Virus record (IMG/VR): IMGVR_UViG_3300042887_000976
Location: 13,673 to 77,672 of that record
Source of the DNA: a virus
Strand: one strand, 5' to 3'
Length of the DNA stretch: 64,000 nt
Shown in pieces: positions 1 through 8,809 of the stretch (positions are counted from its first letter, which is position 1; every line of letters begins with the position of its first letter). The notes below the pieces were generated by a model that saw only the letters and a list, made by a program, of their open reading frames with translations, had not been told where the DNA came from and did not search any database. A program made the position numbers and the translations under genes.

Positions 1-121
1 GACACACTTCTCGTGCAACTCCATAGTATTTGTCAGGGTTGTCGGTATCTAATGGGGGGTACCAAATATCAATATGTCGGTTTTTACAAAGACTCTTAGA
101 AATCCATTGTGGTGTGTCCAC
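1..121 (-). CDS. whiB: WhiB-family transcriptional regulator (partial, runs off the left edge; not in ORF track)
   Basis: Manual translation from GTG at 121, overlapping the upstream TAG: VDTPQWISKSLCKNRHIDIWYPPLDTDNPDKYYGVAREVC. This matches the Wbl pattern W..xxLC...D.F/WxP....A+xVC (first two Fe-S cysteines). Confidence 0.8.
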   Translation of the reverse strand, partial: MDTPQWISKSLCKNRHIDIWYPPLDTDNPDKYYGVAREVC

Positions 122-432
122 TACTCATCTTGCCTAACTACACAGTCCCATCCAAGACCTGTGTATCCCCCAAGGTCAGCCCAATGGTCTCTTTTTTCAG
201 GAGACCACGAGATTCGTGCAATCTTTAACAAGTCCATCATGACTGCTATGTCATGTGGCTTTATGTCAAAACCACCACGTGCCTCTATGGTGCGTTCAAG
301 GTACGTCTGCCAAAATGTAGCGGTCGTTTGAAAATCATATATTGGGTCACCGTAAGCATCGTTACGGTCACCATTAATGAGATTAATTGACTCTTTAAGT
401 ATGTCTGTACGGTGATTATCTATAGTTGTCAT
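121..432 (-). CDS. DUF6378-like phage protein
   Basis: ILKESINLINGDRNDAYGDP...DIAVMMDLLKIAR...DHWADLGGY pattern typical of this family. Confidence 0.75.
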   Translation of the reverse strand: MTTIDNHRTDILKESINLINGDRNDAYGDPIYDFQTTATFWQTYLERTIEARGGFDIKPHDIAVMMDLLKIARISWSPEKRDHWADLGGYTGLGWDCVVRQDE

Positions 433-1135
433 TAGGCCATGTCCACTTGCTTGATTTCTTTGCGTGAGGGTTTGTGTCTTTGTAAATCTGTGTGTAGGTG
501 CTTGTTGGGTTTTTATTGGGTTCCCAAATAATGTGTGACTTTGATTTTGGTGCTACGGGTAACTCAATAAGTACCTTTTGGGCTTCATTGATTGTTACAA
601 CTTTTTTAGCAAAATCTAAAAGGTCGGTTACTCTGCGTGCGTACACTTGTTCGTTCCATGGCTGTGTACGAAGGAATGAAATAACTCCTGCACGGTCATA
701 TTGGGTGTAATACAAAGGATAGTCGTCTATTGCGGCACATTCGTCTGTCGCAAATGCTTTTAAAATACCTTTGTTTGTACCAAAATGTAGGCTGTCAGGA
801 TAAAACCCAAAGCGTTCTAGCCAGTGAATAGTTTGTTCATAAGAAACAGAACCTCTGTGGGTCAGCAAATGAATTTTTATGTTGTTTTCCTTCAGAAGGT
901 TCCAACCTTCAACAGTGTTGTCCATAGGAGCATCACAATTAAACAATTGTGCTTTCTGCACACCTTCTACAAGCCATTCATCAAACTGTTGGTCTGTCAA
1001 ACCCCACTCTTTATAAAAATCCCATGTAGTAGGTAAGGGCAGTTCTTTGCCCATCTTAGTTTGAGCGTATGCATGAAACACTTTGGCAAAGTCGTATATG
1101 ACTCCGTCCATATCAATTCCAACATCAGTAATCAC
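416..1135 (-). CDS. HAD-superfamily 5'(3')-deoxyribonucleotidase-like protein
   Basis: IDMDGV motif I, LTHR motif II, IDD motif IV, PWN; start moved to GTG 1135 after GAGGTGG RBS. Confidence 0.75.
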   Translation of the reverse strand: MITDVGIDMDGVIYDFAKVFHAYAQTKMGKELPLPTTWDFYKEWGLTDQQFDEWLVEGVQKAQLFNCDAPMDNTVEGWNLLKENNIKIHLLTHRGSVSYEQTIHWLERFGFYPDSLHFGTNKGILKAFATDECAAIDDYPLYYTQYDRAGVISFLRTQPWNEQVYARRVTDLLDFAKKVVTINEAQKVLIELPVAPKSKSHIIWEPNKNPTSTYTQIYKDTNPHAKKSSKWTWPNDNYR

Positions 1136-2165
1136 TGAGCCACCTCTTATTCTCATCACGGGTTACCCACGCTACGGTTTTTTCTAGAGCAGTTTCAAGA
1201 TTAAAAGGTGGTTTCCACCCTGCGTTATGAATCTTGGAAGAATCCAAAGCGTAACGATGGTCATGACCTGGGCGTGTTGAATGGTAATCCACCCAGTCAA
1301 TCTCACAGGCAGTATTAAGGATGTCCGAGATAATCTCAGTCATCTCAAGTACAGACTTTTCTTCACCAGCGACATTCCAACGGTTTGGTTTCTGAGTTTC
1401 TACAGAGTTTTTGTAACGTACTGCTGGTGCTTGTGTAAGAACCCACAATAAAGCATCGGCGTGGTTACGGGCATGAAGCCAATGGCGCTCGGATGCTTGC
1501 CAGTTTGGAAACCCATCTGTAAGACCATGATAAATACCATGAAGTTCTACAGAGGTTCCATTTGCAATAGAACGAATAGTTTTTGGAAGGAACTTCTCAG
1601 GATGTTGGCGTTCTCCAAACAGGTTCATTGTGTTGGTAATGGTCAATGGAAGACCATAAGTGCGCCAGTATGAAATACCAATTGCTTCTTGACCAACCTT
1701 GCTGGCTGCATAAGGGTTGGAAGGGAGCATGGGGTCAAGCCATTCTTGGTGGGCGTGCCCTGCTGGTGCGGCTCCATAAACTTCATCTGTTGAAATCTGA
1801 ACAAAGTGCTCTAAGTTGTCATGAGTGCGTGCCCATTCATACATGTTGAGTGACCCAATAACGTTGTTATGGATGAAAGGTGCTGGGTCAGTAATACTGC
1901 GGTCAACATGGGATTCAGACGCAAGGTGTAAAACATGCGTAATATCCTTCAGTTTTTCAGAAACAGGTTGTAAAGGTGCCCTTAGGTCGTGCCACATAAT
2001 TTTTACTCGGTTTGAGTCGTAATTATGGATATCCAGAACTCTGTCTACTTTACCCGCATAGGTCAGCGAATCAAGTACCAAAATTTCACTATCGGTATTG
2101 GTAAGGAGGTGTTCAATAAGGTGATGCCCAGCAAAGCCGCATCCCCCAGTTACTAGGATTTTCAT
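1125..2165 (-). CDS. dTDP-glucose 4,6-dehydratase-like NAD-dependent epimerase/dehydratase (RfbB/RmlB family)
   Basis: GGCGFAG Rossmann motif, DSLTYAG, HLASESHVDRSI, STDEVYG, YAASK, RPGHDHRY. Confidence 0.9.
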   Translation of the reverse strand: MKILVTGGCGFAGHHLIEHLLTNTDSEILVLDSLTYAGKVDRVLDIHNYDSNRVKIMWHDLRAPLQPVSEKLKDITHVLHLASESHVDRSITDPAPFIHNNVIGSLNMYEWARTHDNLEHFVQISTDEVYGAAPAGHAHQEWLDPMLPSNPYAASKVGQEAIGISYWRTYGLPLTITNTMNLFGERQHPEKFLPKTIRSIANGTSVELHGIYHGLTDGFPNWQASERHWLHARNHADALLWVLTQAPAVRYKNSVETQKPNRWNVAGEEKSVLEMTEIISDILNTACEIDWVDYHSTRPGHDHRYALDSSKIHNAGWKPPFNLETALEKTVAWVTRDENKRWLSDY

Positions 2166-2318
2166 TTAATATTCCTCTTCAGGGTCTTGTGATTCTATGT
2201 ATTCAGCAAAGATGTCCCAAAGGTCATCATTTGTAGGGTTTAGAGACATGTATCTAAGGGTACTGAGAATCTTCCAAAGAAGATAAGTGTTAAATACTAA
2301 TAAACCAATTATTATCAT
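2166..2318 (-). CDS. small membrane-anchored hypothetical protein (50 aa, not in ORF track)
   Basis: MIIIGLLVFNTYLWKILSTLRY...; GGAG RBS; first gene after a consensus promoter. Confidence 0.55.
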   Translation of the reverse strand: MIIIGLLVFNTYLLWKILSTLRYMSLNPTNDDLWDIFAEYIESQDPEEEY

Positions 2319-2339
2319 TTTATGCTCCAAACTCAGTTG

Positions 2340-2368
2340 ATTTTAGGTGGTACTTATGGTTATGTCAA
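2340..2368 (-). promoter_or_regulatory. near-consensus SigA/sigma70 promoter
   Basis: TTGACA (2368-2363), 17-nt spacer, TAAAAT (2345-2340) in the intergenic gap. Confidence 0.85.
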
Positions 2369-3810
2369 GAGTCTTCATCAGAAAAGTCAATGACATCTGC
2401 ATACAGGGCATCGGTGGCTTCTTCGCTTAATCCACCATTAGGAAGCATCTTGCTGGTCTCCCCAACTTTTTGTCCAAACAGTCTTGAAAGAACGCCACTA
2501 GACCCACGAGTCTCAACTTCAATACGAAGCATTTCTCGGTTGTCACTGATGCGAGCCATTTTCTCCACAAGGTTAAATACTCGGTCAATTTCTGTAGAAA
2601 GGCTGGAATCAAGACCTTGTCCTTCTAGTTCTTCAGCGAACCTAGCGAACATTACACGACCTACTTGCATCTCCAATAAAGCCTTCATAGCAGCCTGAAG
2701 TTGGTCTTTGGACTTAATCTCTAAAGGCAAAGAAAACGCACATGTCGCATTTTCGTTAAATTGAGGGCATCGGGGAGCCAAATAGCAATTATTGCACTCC
2801 CTTAGTGGGTCAGCATTATATTTTAGAAGGTTAACCTTCTCAGGCTCAATTTCTAGTTCTTCTCCATCATTTCCAACGGTTCTATGGCCTAAAGACACCA
2901 CAGATTCAATGCCCATTACGGGTAGTAATGACCGCCCTCTTTCGTGCCGCTCATTTGATGGGGCTGTAGTAATACTTGACCCCCCTGGAGCCACTTTTTG
3001 AAAAGGAGGGGTAACACCCCCAATAGTAATTATTGGGGGGTCAGAAGGGGGTCCAAACTCGTCTTCGTCATCAGCCACAGAAGGGTCATAGGCCCCAAAA
3101 GTATGGGTCTCCCATTGTTGCCAAGAACGGATAGCAAGAGTGCCAACAGTGGCAACATCATCCTCCATTACAGAATCTATGTCCACATCAAGTCGTATAA
3201 TATCTGCTCGGTGCTTCTTTCTGGCAGACTCTTTTTGCTGGGCTGGATAACGGCGCAAACCATGACCATCCCAAACCTGAGTTTCCCCGTAGCGGATGAC
3301 AGAAGTCCAAGAATTGACAATAACAGCATCCCAAGGAAGGTGCTCAATGAGGTCAGGCTTAGAAGTAATGCCAATAAGTTTGGCTCCCCAACGGGCTGCC
3401 AATTGGCGAATTCTGACCATGTTACGAGGGTTTACAGCCTTGTCTGAGATGGCTACACGACCATACTTTTGACAAAGCCACGCAAGGCGTTCTAAGTCAG
3501 TTTCATCATTCCATACAGGAACATACTTATCCCCAAGCCATGCTCCATCATAATCAGGGCGACCAATAACAATGGAAATGTCATCTGCGTAATTACGTAC
3601 AAAATCATCAAAACGAGTCAAATCTTCATCATTTTCAGAAGTATAGATAATGATTTCGTTACCTTGAAAAATGTCTGACAATACAAATTCCTTCTTTTTA
3701 GGAATTGGTAAATGTGTGAGATTTAGAGCAAAATGCTTGACGTTGTTGTCAAGCAACATACGCCGATATGAACCTTTTTCTGACCCTCCGAAAAAGACTT
3801 TCACTCCCAA
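2365..3810 (-). CDS. hypothetical protein with possible degenerate TGT/DpdA-like domain and C-terminal Cys cluster
   Basis: WDAVIVNSWTSVIRYG resembles the DSxDSxSW..G.R[FY]G motif of phage TGT-like proteins; CNNCYLAPRC..C cluster; helical C-terminus. Confidence 0.45.
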   Translation of the reverse strand: MGVKVFFGGSEKGSYRRMLLDNNVKHFALNLTHLPIPKKKEFVLSDIFQGNEIIIYTSENDEDLTRFDDFVRNYADDISIVIGRPDYDGAWLGDKYVPVWNDETDLERLAWLCQKYGRVAISDKAVNPRNMVRIRQLAARWGAKLIGITSKPDLIEHLPWDAVIVNSWTSVIRYGETQVWDGHGLRRYPAQQKESARKKHRADIIRLDVDIDSVMEDDVATVGTLAIRSWQQWETHTFGAYDPSVADDEDEFGPPSDPPIITIGGVTPPFQKVAPGGSSITTAPSNERHERGRSLLPVMGIESVVSLGHRTVGNDGEELEIEPEKVNLLKYNADPLRECNNCYLAPRCPQFNENATCAFSLPLEIKSKDQLQAAMKALLEMQVGRVMFARFAEELEGQGLDSSLSTEIDRVFNLVEKMARISDNREMLRIEVETRGSSGVLSRLFGQKVGETSKMLPNGGLSEEATDALYADVIDFSDEDS

Positions 3811-4094
3811 CCTGGCCTGCGCCAGATTGATGGAGAATGGGCAGATTCCACGAGTAGACGCTCTGCAACATCGTGGTAGGGGCGAATCATGTGGATGCAG
3901 GGGTCAAGCCCTTGTTCAAACTCTTCGTATTCTCCCTCGGTCATTGGTTCTCCATCATGGGTGATGCATACAGGGGGTCCACAAAAACTGTTTTCCAACC
4001 CGTAAGCCATCCATTCATCAAAATTCATTATGAGTGGTTTTGGTGGACCGTATGGTTCTGAACCAACGCCCCCATGTTCATTAATCTGACTCAC
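3801..4094 (-). CDS. hypothetical protein
   Basis: 97 aa ORF overlapping both neighbours; Cys/His motif CGPPVCITHDG..PCIH. Confidence 0.6.
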   Translation of the reverse strand: MSQINEHGGVGSEPYGPPKPLIMNFDEWMAYGLENSFCGPPVCITHDGEPMTEGEYEEFEQGLDPCIHMIRPYHDVAERLLVESAHSPSIWRRPGWE

Positions 4095-4557
4095 GCCATG
4101 TCCTTTCTGCCTTCGCTAATGCTTGGCTTTCAATTTCCTCAACAAGTACATCCCAACTTTTTAGAACTCTTTCTTCGTTCCATTCAAGTCGGATGGTGTC
4201 GGGTACCGTCAATAGTAGCGTGGGTATACCCATATGCGCAACCTTCGCAACAGCAATTGGGTCAATATCTATGTACCAATTAATTTTGCCGTAAACAGCA
4301 TTAAAAGAAGCAACACGGTCAATCTTTACATCCACACTGTCTTCTAAAACAATGTCTACGGTAGTGGCTTTGTAGCCTTCACGCTTTAACCATTCAAGAA
4401 GAATGGGAGTATTTGTAATGCCTGTAGCCATGATGGCTAACTTGTTGTTGTACCCAGCATTTAGGGCTCCCCATAGTCGGCGCATTTCTTTTCGTGGAAT
4501 ACGAGCACCAATTTCATCACCAGGGGAAGCAATGGCATCAAAATTAATTAGAATCAC
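4081..4557 (-). CDS. hypothetical protein, possible degenerate HAD-like fold
   Basis: N-terminal ILINFDA strand and WYIDIDP motif; coupled to neighbours. Confidence 0.55.
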   Translation of the reverse strand: MILINFDAIASPGDEIGARIPRKEMRRLWGALNAGYNNKLAIMATGITNTPILLEWLKREGYKATTVDIVLEDSVDVKIDRVASFNAVYGKINWYIDIDPIAVAKVAHMGIPTLLLTVPDTIRLEWNEERVLKSWDVLVEEIESQALAKAERTWRESD

Positions 4558-5021
4558 TTGTCGTAAAGACCCATTTCAGTGCGTTGGCGATGCGTATAGT
4601 ATTCGGCGGCAGGGCAGTACATACACACATATTGTCGTTTTTCTTTAGGAATACCAGTTTTACGTCCAATAGTCTTATCGTCATTGCACCAATCAATGCA
4701 ACCCTGACTTGGTCGGTTGTGACGACTAAAACATTTGAGTGCATCAACTTTTAACTCATCTCGGAAGTCACGGATGTAAACATCTTGGTCTTGCAACTCT
4801 CTTTTAAGTGCTGTTTCTACATCTAACTTAGATGCAGTTTCTGGGTCTGTGCGATAGATTAATGCTCTACAGTTCTGAGGGTCGGGTACCTGTGCGTTAT
4901 GTCGGTCACATAGTTCACGCAACTCTTGGTCATATTCAGGTGGTCCATCATACGGACGCATCTTCCACATAACCCCATGGGTTTTGCATACAAGTAGACG
5001 GTCAAAGTCTTTATCAGCCAT
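4554..5021 (-). CDS. hypothetical Cys/His-rich (Zn-binding) protein
   Basis: CKTH, CxxxHxRP..GC, CMYC motifs; AGGAG RBS. Confidence 0.65.
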   Translation of the reverse strand: MADKDFDRLLVCKTHGVMWKMRPYDGPPEYDQELRELCDRHNAQVPDPQNCRALIYRTDPETASKLDVETALKRELQDQDVYIRDFRDELKVDALKCFSRHNRPSQGCIDWCNDDKTIGRKTGIPKEKRQYVCMYCPAAEYYTHRQRTEMGLYDK

Positions 5022-5045
5022 TTTGTGCTCCTAGTAGTTTCTGTA

Positions 5046-5065
5046 AGGTATCTTACATGATACCT
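5046..5065. promoter_or_regulatory. 7-bp inverted repeat overlapping a candidate -10 box (operator-like)
   Basis: AGGTATC-ttacat-GATACCT in the intergenic gap, covering GG-TATCAT on the minus strand. Confidence 0.4.
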
Positions 5066-5082
5066 AGTGGTGTTGTCTACTG

Positions 5083-5280
5083 TTACTGAAGGTGCGATTC
5101 AAAATTTGGGAAGTTTGGTGCTTCTTGAATATTATATTGAATTTGAAGCATGTTTTTGCGAATAGCGGCTGCTGTTGGGTCAACATTGCCACCACGGTTT
5201 GGGGTAAGTGATTTAAACTTGCCATCGCCTGCACCTAGAGTGAGGTCACGATTGCATGAGCGGGATTCATTAACTGCCAT
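5083..5280 (-). CDS. small hypothetical protein
   Basis: 65 aa ORF in tight operon packing. Confidence 0.6.
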   Translation of the reverse strand: MAVNESRSCNRDLTLGAGDGKFKSLTPNRGGNVDPTAAAIRKNMLQIQYNIQEAPNFPNFESHLQ

Positions 5281-5283
5281 AAT

Positions 5284-6813
5284 TTACTTCTTTCCTTTGG
5301 GTTTTGCGGCTGCTTTTTTAGCAGGTGCTTTAGAGGCAACTGACTTTGGGCCTTCAACTGTTTGTGGAATTAAAGTAGTTAAAGGTTTCATTGATGCTTT
5401 ATCATTTAAAGGATTTTTACCCATGACTGGTTTATAGTCTGGGTCACCAATTTTTGGTTTTGGTTTTGCTGGACCATATTTTTTAGCGCCAACTCCACCT
5501 TGCTCGTTAATCTTACGACCCTGAGTCTTGGGAGCACCAATGTTACCTGTAGCAGCAGCAGTTGCTTCTTGAGCAGTAGCATACCCAGACTTAGGACCTT
5601 GAACAGGTTGTGACATTGGTCCTGCTGCTGGCGCTTGTGGACCTGCTGTTTCGGAAAGCCAAGGTCCATTAACACCTTTTTCATTTAATTTTTGACGGGC
5701 TGTGGCAGCCTCAGGACCACCCTTTTCGTCATTAGCATGAGCGTAAAGACCATCTGGCACTTTAGTACGGTTACTTTCGTCAAGTTGACCCATAGGTTGT
5801 GGACCTGATTCAATAGCACCAGCAGGTTGTGGTCCTGCACCAATTGCAGGAGTACCTGGACGCTGTGGACCCGCAACAGGTGTTTGTGGACCTACTGGTG
5901 GAGCACTAGTTTGCTGTCCAACTGGAATTTGTGGGCGACCAGGACCTACTGGAGGAGCACCAATTTGTGGAGGAGTTCCAGGAGGCTGCATCTTTATTGG
6001 TGGCGGTGCTGGTGGAAAAGGAGGTGGCGGTGGTGGGCCATAAATTGGCGGAGTAGGACCTACTGGCGGAGTTGGAGGCGGAGTAGGACCGACTGGAGGA
6101 GTCGGCGGTGGCGGCGGTGGAGTCGGCGTTGTGGGACCAACTGGAGGAGTTGGACTACCACCACCGAATGTACTGTTGTTTCCGCTGAAGGCTGTCTGTC
6201 GTCCTCCACTATTTTTGGATTGAAAGGAGTTATCGTAATCGCCGTTTCCAACATTAGCGCCTCCCATATTACCGTAGACAGTTCCGTAGTTGTCGTTACC
6301 TTGAACCATGGTAATGCCATGTGATGCTAACGCACCACTAAAATCTCCACGCCGACCACGGCGCATACCACGACTATTAGCAGGGGAAGTAATAGATGCA
6401 TTTTGGCTTCGTCCACCACCTGCAACTGGAGGACCCATTAAACCATCGTCTGCCATATCGGAACCATTTCTTGAAGAGGCGGTTGAGCCTGAATTGTCTT
6501 TATCCATTTTACCATCACGTGAGTCTTTGTATTTTTTAGCGGCCCAGCCACCTACGCCACCAACAGTCTTTTCAATGGTATCGTTCAAGCCTGTAAACAT
6601 GTTGTAATGGTTTACACCAGTATCATAATTGGGTCCACCGCCACCGCCACGGACACCCCGAAAGGTAGAAGGTGAACCTGGAGGTGCTTGGTACGTCCCA
6701 GGTTGTCCTGTCTTACGCCACATTTCCCAGTCCATGTGGCTTTGTGGAGCACGCCCTTGCTGTTGCAAGTAGCGGTTAATATCTTTATTTGTATTGAAGT
6801 CTGAATCTGTCAT
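5284..6813 (-). CDS. proline/glycine-rich low-complexity protein
   Basis: 509 aa; PTPPVGPT repeats, poly-Pro tracts, basic APAKKAAAKPKGKK tail. Confidence 0.7.
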   Translation of the reverse strand: MTDSDFNTNKDINRYLQQQGRAPQSHMDWEMWRKTGQPGTYQAPPGSPSTFRGVRGGGGGPNYDTGVNHYNMFTGLNDTIEKTVGGVGGWAAKKYKDSRDGKMDKDNSGSTASSRNGSDMADDGLMGPPVAGGGRSQNASITSPANSRGMRRGRRGDFSGALASHGITMVQGNDNYGTVYGNMGGANVGNGDYDNSFQSKNSGGRQTAFSGNNSTFGGGSPTPPVGPTTPTPPPPPPTPPVGPTPPPTPPVGPTPPIYGPPPPPPFPPAPPPIKMQPPGTPPQIGAPPVGPGRPQIPVGQQTSAPPVGPQTPVAGPQRPGTPAIGAGPQPAGAIESGPQPMGQLDESNRTKVPDGLYAHANDEKGGPEAATARQKLNEKGVNGPWLSETAGPQAPAAGPMSQPVQGPKSGYATAQEATAAATGNIGAPKTQGRKINEQGGVGAKKYGPAKPKPKIGDPDYKPVMGKNPLNDKASMKPLTTLIPQTVEGPKSVASKAPAKKAAAKPKGKK

Positions 6814-6815
6814 TA

Positions 6816-7052
6816 CTATTGACCTGCTTGTGCAGACTTTTCAATTTGGTTAGCAAGAATACTTTGCAAAGTAGATGTGGTGCCATGTTGCTTCAAAAGG
6901 TCAGAGGCGCTTCCCCATGCTTCAGTTTCTGACATACCATGGTTGCGCTGGATATGTTGCGCAAGAATGGCTGTAAGAACATGAGGAGAATGGGTCTCCA
7001 TCAATTTACGAGCCTCTTCATGGTAGTTTGTTTCATTTTCCATTATGCCCAC
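6816..7052 (-). CDS. small hypothetical protein
   Basis: ORF in coupled array; probable start at ATG 7043 (TAATG overlap); internal ILAxxI repeat. Confidence 0.6.
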   Translation of the reverse strand: MGIMENETNYHEEARKLMETHSPHVLTAILAQHIQRNHGMSETEAWGSASDLLKQHGTTSTLQSILANQIEKSAQAGQ

Positions 7053-7348
7053 AATCCTTGCATTGAGTAGCGACTAGAACCTTCAAAGTTGTCTTCCATA
7101 AAACCATTACGGAACATAACTGGAGCACCTGAAACCCAACGGCTATAAGTTGGCATAGTTCTTGGAGTATCAAGTACATCCATTATAGTCATTTCTTGAC
7201 GGTTAAACCCACGGGTTTGTGGAAACAACTGTTGTGGTACAAGCGGACGAATTGCTCTAATTTGTTCTGGGGGTAGCAAATAAGATTGTAAAGCCTGGTC
7301 TACCAGCATCTCTGTATGAGACTGATTGGGCTTGTACGGAACTTGCAT
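7043..7348 (-). CDS. hypothetical protein
   Basis: 101 aa, TAATG-coupled. Confidence 0.65.
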   Translation of the reverse strand: MQVPYKPNQSHTEMLVDQALQSYLLPPEQIRAIRPLVPQQLFPQTRGFNRQEMTIMDVLDTPRTMPTYSRWVSGAPVMFRNGFMEDNFEGSSRYSMQGLWA

Positions 7349-7602
7349 TATTGGATGTCAGCAACAACTTGTGGTGATTGTGAAAGAGATGCAATAATGT
7401 CACGGCGGGTACCCTGCATACGGCTCATTGCACGCATGTCATGGTTAGTTTCTGCAATGCCACCTGGGTCATGGCTATTTGGAATGTTATTTGCATTTAA
7501 AGCATTGTAAGCGCCCAAAGCAGCAGCAAGAACTTGTGGTTCTGCTGCCATCATGTGTGCAATTCTTGCGGGGTTATCCCGCTCGTCAATTCCTCTAGTC
7601 AT
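7348..7602 (-). CDS. small protein with shared N-terminal tag (MTRGIDERDNPAR)
   Basis: ATGA/TAATG coupling; carries the MxRGxDxxx[HN]PxR motif. Confidence 0.7.
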   Translation of the reverse strand: MTRGIDERDNPARIAHMMAAEPQVLAAALGAYNALNANNIPNSHDPGGIAETNHDMRAMSRMQGTRRDIIASLSQSPQVVADIQ

Positions 7603-7799
7603 TGGGGTTCCTTAGGTGTATTAGATGGGTGGGCGGCACGAGAACTTTGTTGTTTTTGTTCCATAATATATTCTGTAACTGCATCGTGCGGTTCAGACGG
7701 ATTAGCAAAGTTAACCCAAAGAACATTAGGAGTATTAACATTCCGCACAACTACTGGGTTGCGCTTAGGATTATTTCGTTCATCACGCCCTCGTGACAT
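7599..7799 (-). CDS. small protein with shared N-terminal tag (MSRGRDERNNPKR)
   Basis: TAATG coupling; motif present. Confidence 0.7.
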   Translation of the reverse strand: MSRGRDERNNPKRNPVVVRNVNTPNVLWVNFANPSEPHDAVTEYIMEQKQQSSRAAHPSNTPKEPQ

Positions 7800-8086
7800 T
7801 ACTGCTCCTCGTTGTCTTTTTGCGCTTCTAAGTGTTTACGCAAATTTGTAAGACGCTCTTTTTCACGTGGGTGAGGAGCGCCATAATCTAAAGTTTGGTT
7901 AATTTCCGCAAAAGTACCTTCACTGATTTCACCTTTTGATGCAAAACGTCCTAAAGCAGTATCATTACCCTGTGACCAGTCACGGGCTACTTGCTGTGGT
8001 CCATCATTAAGTTCAAATTGAGGGGTCGGTTTTGGACGACCTACTTGGCGCTTTGGGTGGTCACGAGTATCTTTTCCACGAGGCAT
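7799..8086 (-). CDS. small protein with shared N-terminal tag (MPRGKDTRDHPKR)
   Basis: Start moved to ATG 8086, which overlaps the upstream TAA and puts the motif at the N-terminus. Confidence 0.75.
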   Translation of the reverse strand: MPRGKDTRDHPKRQVGRPKPTPQFELNDGPQQVARDWSQGNDTALGRFASKGEISEGTFAEINQTLDYGAPHPREKERLTNLRKHLEAQKDNEEQ

Positions 8087-8322
8087 TATTTTGCTCCACA
8101 TCCAACACAAGGAACACGCTTACTAGGGTGGATAGATTCCCTGTCGTGCCACTCCAATGCTTCTCCCATGTCGTCAGTGCAATTGCTACAAAGTGGTCCG
8201 TCTTCGTCTTGACCAGCATTGGCACGATTTTGGTAGTATTCCATATCTGCACCCGTCATCATGAATGATTGACGGTCAACACCACGATTAGGGTGTTTAC
8301 TAGTATCTTCTCCACGAGGCAT
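8086..8322 (-). CDS. small protein with shared N-terminal tag (MPRGEDTSKHPNR) and Zn-ribbon
   Basis: Motif plus CSNC...CVGC. Confidence 0.75.
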   Translation of the reverse strand: MPRGEDTSKHPNRGVDRQSFMMTGADMEYYQNRANAGQDEDGPLCSNCTDDMGEALEWHDRESIHPSKRVPCVGCGAK

Positions 8323-8513
8323 TAGTAATCCTCGTTTTCTTCACGGTTGTCAAAATACTGATTAGTAGCATGCGCTGCTACGCCACCTACAATAGCACCT
8401 ATTGGACCATATCCAGCAGCACCAATAGCAGCACCACCTGCTACTCGCAACATGTTATGTAGTTTGTGATGGTCCATTCCATGTCCATCATCAAAAGACT
8501 TTCTGCGTGCCAT
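8322..8513 (-). CDS. small glycine-zipper-like protein
   Basis: AGGAAIGAAGYGPIGAIVGGVAA; TAATG-coupled. Confidence 0.65.
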   Translation of the reverse strand: MARRKSFDDGHGMDHHKLHNMLRVAGGAAIGAAGYGPIGAIVGGVAAHATNQYFDNREENEDY

Positions 8514-8809
8514 TATTGATTATTCCATCCTAGTTTGCCACCCTCTACCATGCCACCTTGCGTGATGGCTCCACGAATAGCCAAATGGCGAGCATTTTGA
8601 GGTGACTCACCATAACCTCGGTAAGTGCGGTATGATGCACGAGCATTCGCAGCACCTTCGGGATTTAACATAGTTGTTGGTCCTGTGGGATGGGAGTATC
8701 CCTGTGCTCTATAGCCTGCCAAAGTGTCCTTAGACATTCCACGGAACTCACTACGTGGTGTTGAGCGGTGGTTACCACCAACTGAATTTCCTCTATGGTC
8801 AGTAGTCAT
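8513..8809 (-). CDS. small protein with second-type tag (TDHRGNxVG)
   Basis: MTTDHRGNSVGGNHRSTPR; TAATG-coupled. Confidence 0.7.
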   Translation of the reverse strand: MTTDHRGNSVGGNHRSTPRSEFRGMSKDTLAGYRAQGYSHPTGPTTMLNPEGAANARASYRTYRGYGESPQNARHLAIRGAITQGGMVEGGKLGWNNQ

